Part shown: one piece after another, positions 12,951 through 24,491 of the stretch
Position numbering within the stretch: the stretch's first letter is position 1
How the letters are laid out: each line of letters starts with the position of its first letter
NCBI RefSeq assembly: GCF_006345805.1
Contig: NC_042998.1
Coordinates: 194,432,001 to 194,496,000, forward strand
Direction: 5' to 3'
Length of the DNA: 64,000 nucleotides
From: Octopus sinensis
Lineage: Eukaryota
Made by a program: the position numbers and the translations under genes
The notes under the pieces: generated by a model
Told to the model about the DNA's origin: nothing
The model's input: only the letters and a program-made list of their open reading frames with translations
Database searches by the model: none

Positions 12951-13205
12951 CGTCATCATCATCATCATCGTTTAACGTCCGTTTTCCATGCTAGCATGGG
13001 TTGGACAGTTCAACCGGCCCAGTCTGATCTGGCAGTTTTTCTACAGCTGGATGCCCTTCCTAACGCCAAACACTCTGTGAGTGTAGTGGGTGCTTTTTAC
13101 GTGCCAGACGAGGCTGGCAAACGGCCACGATCAGATGGTGCTTTTTACGTGAAACGGCACAGGGGCCAGACAAGGCTGGCAACAGCCACAGTCGGGTGGT
13201 GCTTC
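12951..13205 (-). mobile_element. Family A element (internally deleted)
   Basis: (CAT)n start on + strand, conserved body and modules. Confidence 0.8.
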
Positions 13206-14029
13206 ATATATATATACAGTATGTACAGTTAGACTACTACTGCTGGGTTAAGAGCTTAATGTAGATTATCGTCATCCAGTCTGCTTCCAGTTTAGTGGTT
13301 TGGTGACTACTATACATAGTAGTATTACTGGTTATGATATACGGAGCGAATTTAAGAGAAACTATGATAAACTGGAGTTATCGTTTCTTCCTTACATACA
13401 TTTTACCATTGTGACTGTTTGGAACCTCTGCACTGGATGTTCTACATGCAACTGGATCCTTTATAACAAATCACAAGGGAAACATTTTATTGTATTATAT
13501 TACGAAGATCAAATGTCTGATGAGGCTGAGCATCTAATTCACTTCAAAAAGCCAATGCAGAGTCTCCAAGCAACCACAACAGTGAAATGTGCATAGAGAA
13601 CAAATGATATAAACTTGTGTTGTTATAATTCCTGACTGGGGGAGTGGAATGGAGGGGGATGGATATTAAAATAACTATGAGATTCCACATCATAATAAGG
13701 TCCACCTCTAGACATCATGCATTACAGTGACATTACAATTATATATCAGCATGATATACTGTTGATATTGGCATTATGCCATGAATTTCAGGGAGTGGAG
13801 ATAAGTCAATTACATTGACCCCAGCATTCAAATGTTACTTATCAACCCCAAGAGGATGAAAGACAAAGTGGACCCTGGTGGAATTTGAACTTGGAACGTA
13901 AAGATGAATGAAATGCAGCTAAGCATTTTGCCTGGTGTGCTAATTACACTATACCTACTACAATTACAAATAAGGATAATAATCAAATATAAATGAAAAT
14001 TGAAACCAAATGAAGAATGAAATAATGGT

Positions 14030-14358
14030 TTCCAGCCTCGCCTGGCCCCCGTGCCGGTGGCACGTAAAAAGCACCATCCGATCGTGGCCGTTGCCAGCCT
14101 CGCCTGGCCCCCATGCCGGTGGCACGTAAAAAGCACCATCCGACCGTGGCCGTTTGCCAGCCCCGTCTGGCAGCTGTGCCGGTGGCACATAAAATGCACC
14201 CACTACACTCATGGAGTGGTTGGCATTAGGAAGGGCATCCAGCTGTAGAAACATCGCCAGATCAGACTGGGCCTGGTGCAGCCTCCTGGCTTCCCAGACC
14301 CCAGTTGAACCATCCAACCCATGCTAGCATGGAAAGCGGATGCTAAATGATGATGATA
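14030..14358 (+). mobile_element. Family A element
   Basis: Modules, body and (GAT)n tail. Confidence 0.85.
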
Positions 14359-14769
14359 TATTATATATATATATATAATAAAAAGCAAAAAAATGTATTA
14401 ATTTCTCTCTAATTCAGTTCATAAGTTATTAGTGCCCAACAGCTATTTCATTAGCAATAAACATCATTATTTATAACCAGGTAATTAAAATACATAATTA
14501 ATTTGAATTAACCTTAATCTGAATGATTTTAATCATGCAATTCAATTATATAAATGTTCTTAACTAATGAAACAAGTGTTGAGCACAAATTATGACACAA
14601 TTTGTCAAGTTTATGCTTTTCTATTTATTCTAAACATGTCTCTATAAAAGATCGTTTTAGGTGATTCTGTATGTATATGCAATTTGTTCCACCCTGGATT
14701 CACTGCACTGTAATAGGACATTGGAGTTTAATAATGTATTGTTAATTGAGCGCTTAATTAATTACTGTG

Positions 14770-16240
14770 GATATATTTTATGTTTATCCATCAACACTAT
14801 CCTGGTTAGGCAACTGCAGGAAAAGTATTTAGCCAAAAATAAACCTCTGTACCTGACTCTTGTCAACATGGAGAAAGCCTTAGACTGGATCCCCAGCTCC
14901 CTTATCTGGTGGTCAATGCAGGAGCTCAGGATAGATGAGTGGTTAGTGAGAGCAGTACAAGCCATATACAGGGATGCTGCCAGTAAGATGATGGTTGGTA
15001 ATGAGTATAGCAATGAATTGAGTGTACAGGTAGGAGTCCACCAAGCTCAGTTCTCATCTCCTTCCTGTTTACCTTAGTCCTCCAGACCTTAACAGAAGAA
15101 TTCAAAACTGGCTCTCCCTGGAAGCTCCTCTATGCTGATGAGCTTGTTCTTATAGCTGAATCACTACCTAACCTAGAGAAGAAATTTCAGGTATGGAAAC
15201 AAGGACTGGAATCTAATTAATTTAGCAAAAACCAAAGTCCTAGTAAGTAGAAAAATAGACAAATCACAAGTTGTACCTAGTGCAAGCTTTGGACACATGA
15301 GGTGTAGCGGTATCACAAAAAAGTTAATGGAGATATATATTGGTTCTTCATGTGTAGCAAATGTGCATGCACAATAAGCAGTAAAAATGCACAGACAATG
15401 GGCTCCCTCAAATGCTGGGGGGAGAGGAGGCTCAGAAGTAGTAGATAGCTTCTGTTACCTAGGAAACCACATTAGCAGGAGGAAATTCTGAAAGTGTAGT
15501 TGCAAGGATAAGAATGGGCTTCTACCTTTGTTGTTAACTAAGGGCCTCTCCCACAGAGTGAAAGGCAGATTGTATGATGTTTGTCTACTTACAGCTATGT
15601 TATATGGCCAAGAAACATGGGCTTTGACTACAGAGAACTTGCGAAGGCTTGAAAGAAATGAAACTAGCATGCTCTGCTGGATGGGTAATGTCGGTGTGCC
15701 TGCACGACAGAGTGTAAATGATTTAAGAGGAAAACGGGGTGTAAGAGACATCAGATGTTGTGTGCAAGAAAGAAGACTGCACTGGTTTGGTCATGTGATT
15801 TATATGGATGAGGACAGATGCATAAAGAAGTGCTGAGCTCTAATTGTGGAGGGTACCTGTGGAAGGGGTAGACCCAGGAAGACATGGGACGAAGTGGTGA
15901 GAAAGGATCTTTGGATGCTGGGCCCCACCAAGGAAATGACAAAGGACCAGATGTGGCAATTTGCTGCACAGGATAAGATACATCAAGCTAAGTAAAATCG
16001 CTGTCTTCCACACGTACAGGCTTGTCCTTTAGGTGCTAGCACCACTTAAAAAGCACCCATGCCGGTGACACATAAAAATCACCCAGCACACTCTGTTAAG
16101 CAGTTGGTGTTAGGAAGGGCATCCAGCTGTAGAAACCATGCCACAACAGACAATTATAGTCTGGACAGCTTTCTGCCAGCCAACTCCATGTCAAACTGTC
16201 CAACCCATGCCAGCATCGAAAGCGGATGTTAATAATGACT
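14770..16240 (+). mobile_element. 5'-truncated, decayed RTE-clade LINE
   Basis: RT motifs QLQEKYLAKNKPLY, GVHQ and YADE, then C-terminal ERRLHWFGHV; multiple frameshifts; 3' end shared with family A. Confidence 0.9.
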
Positions 16241-17165
16241 ATCTCTCTCTCTCACATCACACACACACACACATTATATATATATAAAATTTAACTTAAT
16301 TTATCAACGATAAATTTCATGTAGATTTTAGGAAGACTAGACAGCGTCAAAAGTAATAGAGCCAACTAGTTTTGGAGCCAATAATATAGTATATGACATA
16401 AGTAAAGACAGTTTAGAAGTATATTACTTTTCTTTTAAACAGTAATAGAAAAGATCTTTCTTTGAAAGTAACAATGAAAATGTGTTCTTTGTATAAAATG
16501 TAGATGATGCAGAGTAGATTAGTAATTAGTGAAATTTAGCCAGTGCTAGAAAGAAGTGTATCAAATATTGATTTATGCAATGTATAATATAAAACTATCA
16601 GGCCAAGGAAAACCCTTTTTTAGATATTAAATGTTATGTACACTAGTAGGTATGTTATTGATATAGGTGAGAAATCAGCTGAAAGAAGGTAAAAGAGAGT
16701 TACTGAGAAAATTTGAAAGAAGACAGAGGAAGTTTCTGCAATATACACCTTATGAGTTAGACAAAAGTTGATGTTACAAAAAAGAACACAGTTTCTTTAT
16801 TATTCAGTGTGTGGAAGAAGAGGAGAGTGCCCATCGTCTTTCGAAGCTCTCCCAGACTAGTGTAGATGATGTGCAGTTTGAACACCTCTTAGAAAATAGA
16901 TGGGGAGAAAGGGGAAGATGACAAGGGAAAAGGTGAGAGAAAGGGGAAGATGACAAGGGAAAAGGTGAGAGAAGTGATGTGTATTTTAGTTTGCTAATTC
17001 AAAGGAGTAGGAACTATTCTAATATTGCATCAACAGGTTAATGGTTATAGCATGTGGTAAGTGAAGGTTTGCCAATAAGTAAGATATCTTATTTTTTATA
17101 AGGTCTAGAATGCTTGTCTGAGGCAGTACTATCCAAGATATGAGCTGTACTATAATGTGATGTGA

Positions 17166-17666
17166 CCTCCTTCGGTCACGAATGACCATGGAATTGCACC
17201 TAGAAAGTTACTCTCCGAGGTACAAGTCTGGGCAAGGTTGTTTATGGAAGACCAGCAGTCGTCCACGCATACCAGCCTCCCCTCTCCACACCACTGATGT
17301 TATCAAAGGGAAAGGCAAAGACCGATACAACTTGGCACCAGTGACGTTGCAGCTCATTTATTAAAGTGCAAGTGGCTGAGCACTCCACAGACACGTGTAC
17401 CCTTAACGTAGTTCTCAGGGAGATTCAGCGTGACACAAAGTTTGACAAGGCTGGCCCTTTGAAATACAGGTACAACAGAAACAGGAAGAAAGAGTGAGAG
17501 AAAGTTGTGGTGAAAGAGTACAGCAGGGTTCACCACCACCCCCTGCCGGAGCCTTGTGGAGCTTTAGGTGTTTTCGCTCAATAAACATTCACAATGCTCG
17601 GTCTGGGAATCGAAACTGCGATCCTATGACCGCGAGTCTGCTGCCCTAACCACTGGGCCATTGCGT
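17166..17666 (-). mobile_element. Long tRNA-headed SINE, family D
   Basis: Reverse-strand head gcaatggcccagtggttagggcagcagactcgcgg...gtttcgattccc has A- and B-box-like motifs. Confidence 0.7.
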
Positions 17667-18414
17667 GTACTATAATACACTTGTGCTTTGATTAGGATCA
17701 ATAATAACAAGGAAGCCTAGTGTTTAGAGAGCAGTTGGAGCTATTATAGATGAGGATGTGATACATAGCATTCATAACAGGTTTGAAGGGCTTTGTCAAG
17801 TTTAGTTAGAGTAAGGTGGAAGTGTATTGTATTTGTGATATTATGTTCCTACTTTTCATTCACAGATGTGAGGTGCATTGATTACATGGAGAGGACATGT
17901 ACATATAAAAAACTATAGAAATAAGGAAAAGAGCAACATAATTCATACTATGACACTGGTCTGAAACTATATCAATATAAACCATGCATTACATCAAGGG
18001 ATAGGGTTACAATGGTAGCAGTAAGTGGAAAAAACAAAACTGGTTATTGAGATGAAATAAGTCAACTGTTAACATGAAAATTTCGATTTGATGGATCTGC
18101 AAATTTTGGTATTTGCATGAATTGTCAGCAAATTTAAGTAAACAGAATAATAATGTACTTATTGTGGAAGTACCGTAGTATCTATGACAAGATCTTGAGC
18201 TCATTAGCTTTAGTTTAATAATCCAGCATCTCCAACAGAAGCAAATGGTTCTTGTCCAACATTGAAGGAGAATTTAAAACAAAGCTTTAGATAGACAAAT
18301 TTGTCAGTTTATTTCAATGAGCCAGATCATTGTAGCATTAAAGCAAACAAAAGAATCTCAGTAAACTTGTGAAGTCTGTGTTAGCTATTATATATAAAAA
18401 AAAAAATGATGCCG

Positions 18415-18613
18415 GACCTCCCTGGCACCTGTGCAGGTGGCACGTAAAAAGCACCCACTACACTCGCGGAGTGGTTGGCGTTAGGAAGGGCATCCAGCTG
18501 TAGAAACTCTGCCAGATCAGACTGGAGCCTGGTGCAGCCCCTGGCTTCCCAGACCCCAGTCGAACCGGCCAACCCATGCTAGCGCGGAAAACGGACGTTA
18601 AACGATGATGATG
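18415..18613 (+). mobile_element. Family A element (5'-truncated)
   Basis: Body and (GAT)n tail. Confidence 0.85.
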
Positions 18614-19337
18614 AAACAATTTGCATGAGAAAGGGGAAAAGCCTAATATTTCTGACAGTCTCCATCAGAGAATGTACTGAATATATAAACCAGAAAGCAA
18701 ATAAATACAGAATTGAGAGGTACACCTAATGTGGAGATATAAGAAATGGAAATTAGTGTATGGAAAGGGAGAGAGAAATTTAGGAAGAAAGATGATCCAC
18801 AAGGTCCATGAAAGAGTGCATCAACGATTAATGTAAAATATATAGAGCAAGAAATGTAAGGATAGCAAGTTAGGGTCTTATTTCTGCCAATTATCCTTTT
18901 CTCTCTGGGCCTAAAATAGAAGGAAAAAGTTAAGTGTGATAGGCAACTGAGGACATAAATATAAGAAGGGATTAGCTGGCACAACTCATTTTTTATGACA
19001 GGAATTTGGTCATTGTATCAACTGGACTTATCTGAGTAAGAAAACCAGAAAGAACTGAATATTGAAGATTTCAAGAAGTCTCTGAGTAAGATTACATATT
19101 TTTAAACCAAAGAAATGAAATAATCAAAAGCCTTAAAGTATGTGCGAGAAGGATGGGAAAAGCAGATGACACAGGGAAAAGATGGGGGATAAAAACTGTC
19201 AAAGCAGCTAGATTATTTACTGTTGAAGAGAACAAACACAGATACATGTGCAAATAGTAATAGTTATGAGTTAGATGTGATTGGAGTGCACAAAAATAAC
19301 AGACTAGTTGACTAGTGAAATTTGTATTACTGTAGTG

Positions 19338-19621
19338 CAGTGGTTCCCAAAGTGGGTGGTATTGCACTCTTGGGGGCAGTGGAAAGTTCCAAGGGGGTGT
19401 TGAAGAAAAGTGGGGAGATAATGGGGTAACGATTCATGTAAAAAGTGGGGAGATAATGGGGTAGGGATTCATGTAAAAACAACAAAATAATGGGTTCATT
19501 AGGTTAAGTTTTATTTGTGAAAAATGCAGATGCTTTGAGTTTGCTTCAGAAAGAGGTCTGTGTTTGTGATGGTTAGTTGGAGTGGGGGTGCTAGGAATGT
19601 GACCGGGGGGGGGGACCACTG
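19338..19621. mobile_element. hAT-type MITE
   Basis: CAGTGGT...ACCACTG termini, 8-bp TSD CTGTAGTG (19330-19337 and 19622-19629), internal duplication of about 35 bp. Confidence 0.85.
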
Positions 19622-19914
19622 CTGTAGTGTCTTCTGCATTTTTATGAATGGCACAGGATTATTTATAGTGATCGATTAGGATTTTCACTGAGGCCAAGAG
19701 AGCAAGTGACTTTGTTTGTTCAATGTTAAAATTTTGCATGGTTGAGACTAATAAGGTAATCAGAAACTACATGAATATTTCAAATACACGCAACTGATGT
19801 CAAGGAAATATTTTACTTCAGAAAATTATTGTAAAGTTTCAATAAAAAAAAATAATTTAAGTTTTAAGGATTTTTTTTTTCAGGTAGACCAGTGATACAT
19901 ATATATAACCACAT

Positions 19915-20200
19915 TCCCATCTGGCCGAAGCCAGTGCCGCCTCGACTGGCTTCCATGCCGGTGGCACGTAAAATGCACCAATCCGAACGTGGCCGCTGCC
20001 AGCCTCGCCTGGCACCTGTGCGGGTGGCACATAAAAAGCACCCACTACACTCACGGAGTGGTTGGCATTAGGAAGGGCATCCAGCTGTAGAAACATTGCC
20101 AGATCAGACTGGAACCTGGTGCAGCCTTCTGGCTTCCCAGATCCCCGGTCGAACCGTCCAACCCATGCTAGCATGGAGAACGGACGTTAAACGATGATGA
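19915..20200 (+). mobile_element. Family A element
   Basis: Modules, body and (GAT)n tail. Confidence 0.85.
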
Positions 20201-20744
20201 TTTTACTGATGCATTTTTTAATACCTGCATGGATTTTATAAACTTTGGACATTTGCCTATTGTTGGAGTAAGACTTTCCACAGTAGGAATAAGAAGAGAT
20301 ATTTGCTATCAGAGACAACACAATGTTTATTATTAATCCATTTTACTATAGGTATAATGCCTGAAATTTTAGGGAAAGTGATCAGTTACATCACCCTCAG
20401 TGTTTCACTTAATTTAATCAACCCCAAAAAGATGAAATGCAAAGTCAACCTCAGCGGAATTTGAACTCAGAACGTAAAGACAGACAAAATGCAGTTAAGC
20501 ATTTTGATCAGCATATTAACAATTAACCAGCTCACTTGAAACAGCATAATACTGAAATAATAATGTGTGTATCCTAAATGATATACAATATTTAAATTTT
20601 AACTTTTAACTACATAATCAGTATTTCAGCTTGTATATATTATTACATTTCTAAGAAATACTATTTCAACTTGATAGAAATATCATACAGCTTGCTATCT
20701 CAACATTTTTTTCTAGTTGTTGCAATATATGCCATCATTACTTG

Positions 20745-21160
20745 CCATCATGGCAAGTAAAGAAACACCATTTCGACCCTGTGCTTGAGGAGATCCATTG
20801 AGTCAAGTACACCAACATCAAAAATCAATGGAAACTGCAGTTGTGATCCCTGTGCCGGTGGCACATAAAAAGCACCATCCGACCGTGGCCGATGCCAGCG
20901 CCGCCTAGACTGGCTTCTGTGCCGGTGGCATGTAAAAAGCACCAATCCGATCGTGGCCGTTGCCAGCCTCGCCTGGTACGTAAAAAGCACCCACTACACT
21001 CACGGAGTGGTTGGCTTTAGGAAGGGCATCCAGCTGTAGAAACACTGCCAGATCAGACTGGAGCCTGGTGCAGCCTTCTGGCTTCCCAGATCCCTGGTCG
21101 AACCGTCCGACCCATGATAGCATGGAGAACGGATGTTAAATGATGATGATGATGATGATT
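20745..21160 (+). mobile_element. Family A element with 5' module
   Basis: 5' tgcttgaggagatccattgagtcaagt segment, modules, body and tail. Confidence 0.85.
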
Positions 21161-21602
21161 ATTTACATTGGCATAGTGTGGAAAGGTCTAATGAATTTGA
21201 ACATATGAATGCAAGATTACAACATGGATACCTCTCTAGATGATCCATGGCAATGAAAATAGGGGATAAACAGCAATTAGGCATTAAGTACTGTATACTA
21301 AAGAAAAGCTGAAGCAAGAAACAGTCTAAAATTTAAAAGATAACATTGGTCAAGAAGTACCACAACTTAGATATTAATACAAATGGATAATATATAATAG
21401 ATTAAAAAGGTGCTATGAATTGATAATAGTATGAATATTTGGATGATGAAGAAAGTGGAATGAAGGAGTTAGTCCGAATTGAAAGTTTCCATTACACATA
21501 AATAACACAAAGAATTAGATGTTAAATACATAATTATTGAAATTTGTTTTAAAACTACTAATGAGATGGTAATACATTGTTACTAACACAAAGACATATT
21601 CC

Positions 21603-21826
21603 TTAACCCTTTCTTTACTGTATTTAGAGATGTTCTGTGTTCCTTTCAATTACTTTAAATATAACAAAGAGTTTAGTAAAATAACTTAGTTATCATTCAG
21701 CTAGTGTTAGGAACATAAATTGTGACTAAGGTTTGGTGGAAGATTTCAATTCAAAACTTATGAAAACAAGACATTTGTACTCAGAGCCAAAGCCGGTTTC
21801 AGCTGGGTTAGTAATGAAAGGGCTAA
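21603..21826. mobile_element. piggyBac-type MITE, second copy
   Basis: Homologous to 7219-7437; right TTAA mutated to CTAA. Confidence 0.85.
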
Positions 21827-22181
21827 ATAATTTGTTTTGCTTATACAATATTTCTAAGAACACTACCTATGAACCTGGGACAGGCTAACAGGAGGAAGAA
21901 CCATACACTTTATTTATTTCTAAACTAGCAAAAGTTGGAAGTTTAAAGATATTAGAACATTTTCATACATGCATTTGTTACAGAGTGGAAGTGATACTTT
22001 GATTTAGCTTTGTTAATCAAAAACAAAGTAAAATTGCTTTGCTTACAAGAGAATAGTTTTTGCAGCACAATTTTCAACTCTTGATATTGTCAGAGACTTT
22101 AAATAACCAACTACAGATTTACAGAGAAATGAATAATTATGTGTGTGTGTGTGTATATATATAAACTGCACCACAGCTTAC

Positions 22182-22347
22182 CCAGTATCCATTCCACTTA
22201 TATTGGCCTGAGGTATAGGTGTACCAAGACTTGCAGTAATAGGGGACACTTGCTTGCAACCAGAAGTCTGTCGTGTGTTCATTGCATTTTGCATAATATT
22301 CCCAGATTGGTTGAACATTGGTTTGAACCAGCCTTTTGGTCGAGTGT
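22182..22347 (-). CDS. Coding exon (DTRPKGWFKPMFNQSGNIMQNAMNTRQTSG...ISGMDTG)
   Basis: Acceptor tttttctttattgtgtag|, donor gg|gtaagc, 166 nt, phase 1 to 2, compatible with exon 9116. Confidence 0.7.
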
Positions 22348-22644
22348 CTACACAATAAAGAAAAATCAAATGGTTAACATTTAAAACAAAATAATTATAA
22401 CATATGTCCATACATACATAACATAGGTTTGTCGATACAAACAGGAAAATAGAACTTAAAAACCTGTATGTGTGTGTGTGTGAGTAATTTTTATTATCAA
22501 TTACCAGAATATCTATATCTGTATATGCATGTTCAGTTTTTAAGCCAGTTTTTCCAATTGGCAGAAGGCTGATCAATGCCAATACATGACTCTTGGCTTA
22601 CTCATAACTTCTGCAATTAATAAAAAAAAATGCACATACATATA

Positions 22645-23045
22645 GGCGCAGGAGAGGCTGTGTGGTAAGTAGCTTGCTAACCAGCCACATGGTTCCGGGT
22701 TCAGTCCCACTGCGTGGCATCTTGGGCAAGTGTCTTCTGCTATAGCCCCGGGCCGACCAATGCCTTGTGAGTGGATTTGGTAGACGGAAACTGAAAGAAG
22801 CCTGTCGTATATATGTATATATATATATATGTATGTATGTGCGTGTGTGTTTGCGTGTCTGTGTTTGTCCCCCCGATGCTGGTGTGTTTACGTCCCCGTC
22901 ACTTAGCGGTTCGGCAAAACAGACCGATAGAATAAGTACTGGGCTTACAAAGAATAAGTCCCGGGGTCGATTTGCTCAACTAAAGGCGGTGCTCCAGCAT
23001 GGCCGCAGTCAAATGACTGAAACAATTAAAAGAGTAAAAGAGTAT
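22645..23045 (+). mobile_element. tRNA-headed SINE, family B, full length
   Basis: Head ggcgcaggagaggctgtgtggtaag, B-box-like gggttcagtccc and tail gtaaaagagtaaaagag. Confidence 0.9.
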
Positions 23046-23051
23046 ACATGT

Positions 23052-23083
<32 letters not shown>

Positions 23084-23935
23084 GATATACACACACTTAT
23101 GCATGTTTGTATACAATAAAATCTTGACGAAAAGAATTAAATTGTCCACCATAAAAGTATCATTATCATCCTTTAATGTCTGTCTTCCATGTTGGCATGT
23201 GTTGAGACAGTTTGACAGGAGCTGGTACGCCAGAGAAATGCATCAAGCTCCACTGTCTGCTTGGTCATGGTTCAAAAGATGCTGGATGCCCTTCCTAGTG
23301 CCAACCCCTTTACAAAGTGAACAGGGTGCTTTTTGTGTGGCACCAACACCTGCGAAACCAACGTGCAAGACAAAAATCCTTCAACTGAGAGGGGCAGAGG
23401 TATTGATGGAAGTGGCTTTGATCCAGGTAATGAGAGATAAAAGTATGACAAAAGAGAGAAACAGGTGTCATACTGTAGAGATACAAGGTGAGTCTAGTTG
23501 GGGGAAAGCAAGAATGAAAGTAAGAGAGAGCAAGAGAGAGGGTGGTGTCGTGCTAGGACATACTCACTCTCAAGGTACAAGGAAATGATAATAAATGAAA
23601 TGGTAAAGGATTGCTCGGTGTACTTGAATAGGGAGTTCATGAAAGTGCAAAAGGGGGTAAAGGGAAAGGGGAGAATGCAGTGAGTGGCAAAACATGGGTA
23701 TATAGGGAAGATATAGTTGGCAGGAGGAGGAAAGGTAGAGACAACAGAGGAGTGTTGGACTGCAGAAGCAGGGAAGGAGAGATAAGTATGGTGCATGAAG
23801 AAGAGATGAAGTTTGGTTCAAAACATCACGACCCTATTATTTGCTAGATACAACAAAGGGGTAAATAAAAATTAAAATGAGTGCTATTGGCTGATGGTAC
23901 TTAGAGAAGACAAAAGGTCACAGGGAACAACTTAC

Positions 23936-24028
23936 AGTAAGGTATTGGAGAAGGCAAACTGTGCTCCTTTTGGTTGCCTATTTCTTGATTAGGAAGTGAA
24001 ACTAAACTAAGAAGGATACAGAGGCATA
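23936..24028 (-). CDS. Candidate coding exon (…SLPNQEIGNQKEHSLPSPIPY)
   Basis: Acceptor tttatttttgttttag| (alternative at 24001), donor |gtaagt, phase 1 to 1, fits upstream of exon 22347. Confidence 0.4.
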
Positions 24029-24254
24029 CTAAAACAAAAATAAATGAAATTATCATTTTATCATTGAAACCACTAGTTGGACCTCAATCAATTCAATACC
24101 AACTACCCATCTCTCCCTCTCTCTGTTCAGTTTTGACTCTGTTTCTCCAATTGGCATAAGACAAAGCCCTCGGTTATTTTCTAAATAGAGTATACTTCTG
24201 TTATATTTTTCCCCATTCTACTACACTTCATCTGTTGAAATTGCTGGACTGCTC

Positions 24255-24491
24255 CTTCTCGAGCCATGCCAGACTCATAAGGGCCGGTTTCCGGTTTCAG
24301 TGGCGTAGAAATTCCCTACCTGGACGGGACGCCGGTCCGTCGCAGGATTACTCACTTTTGCCAGCTGAGTAGACTGGAGCAACGTGAAAATGAAGTGTTT
24401 TGCTCAAGAACACAACGTATCGCCCGATCCAGGAATCGAAACCACAACCTTACGATCATGAGTTCAACAACCTTACCACTTAGCCATGCGG
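24255..24491 (-). mobile_element. tRNA-headed SINE, family E
   Basis: Head gcatggctaagtggtaagg...gtttcgattcc followed by a CORE-like segment gtgttcttgagcaaaacactt. Confidence 0.7.

Noticed and set aside
13396-13458. Possible 63-nt phase 2-2 exon (GIQLHVEHPVQRFQTVTMVKC)
   Set aside because: The AAG acceptor is weak and there are two competing donors and frames. It is not needed for the exon chain and is left unresolved.
22767-23588. 273-aa ORF on +
   Set aside because: It runs through a SINE, a CA microsatellite and decayed repeat sequence, with no coherent protein.
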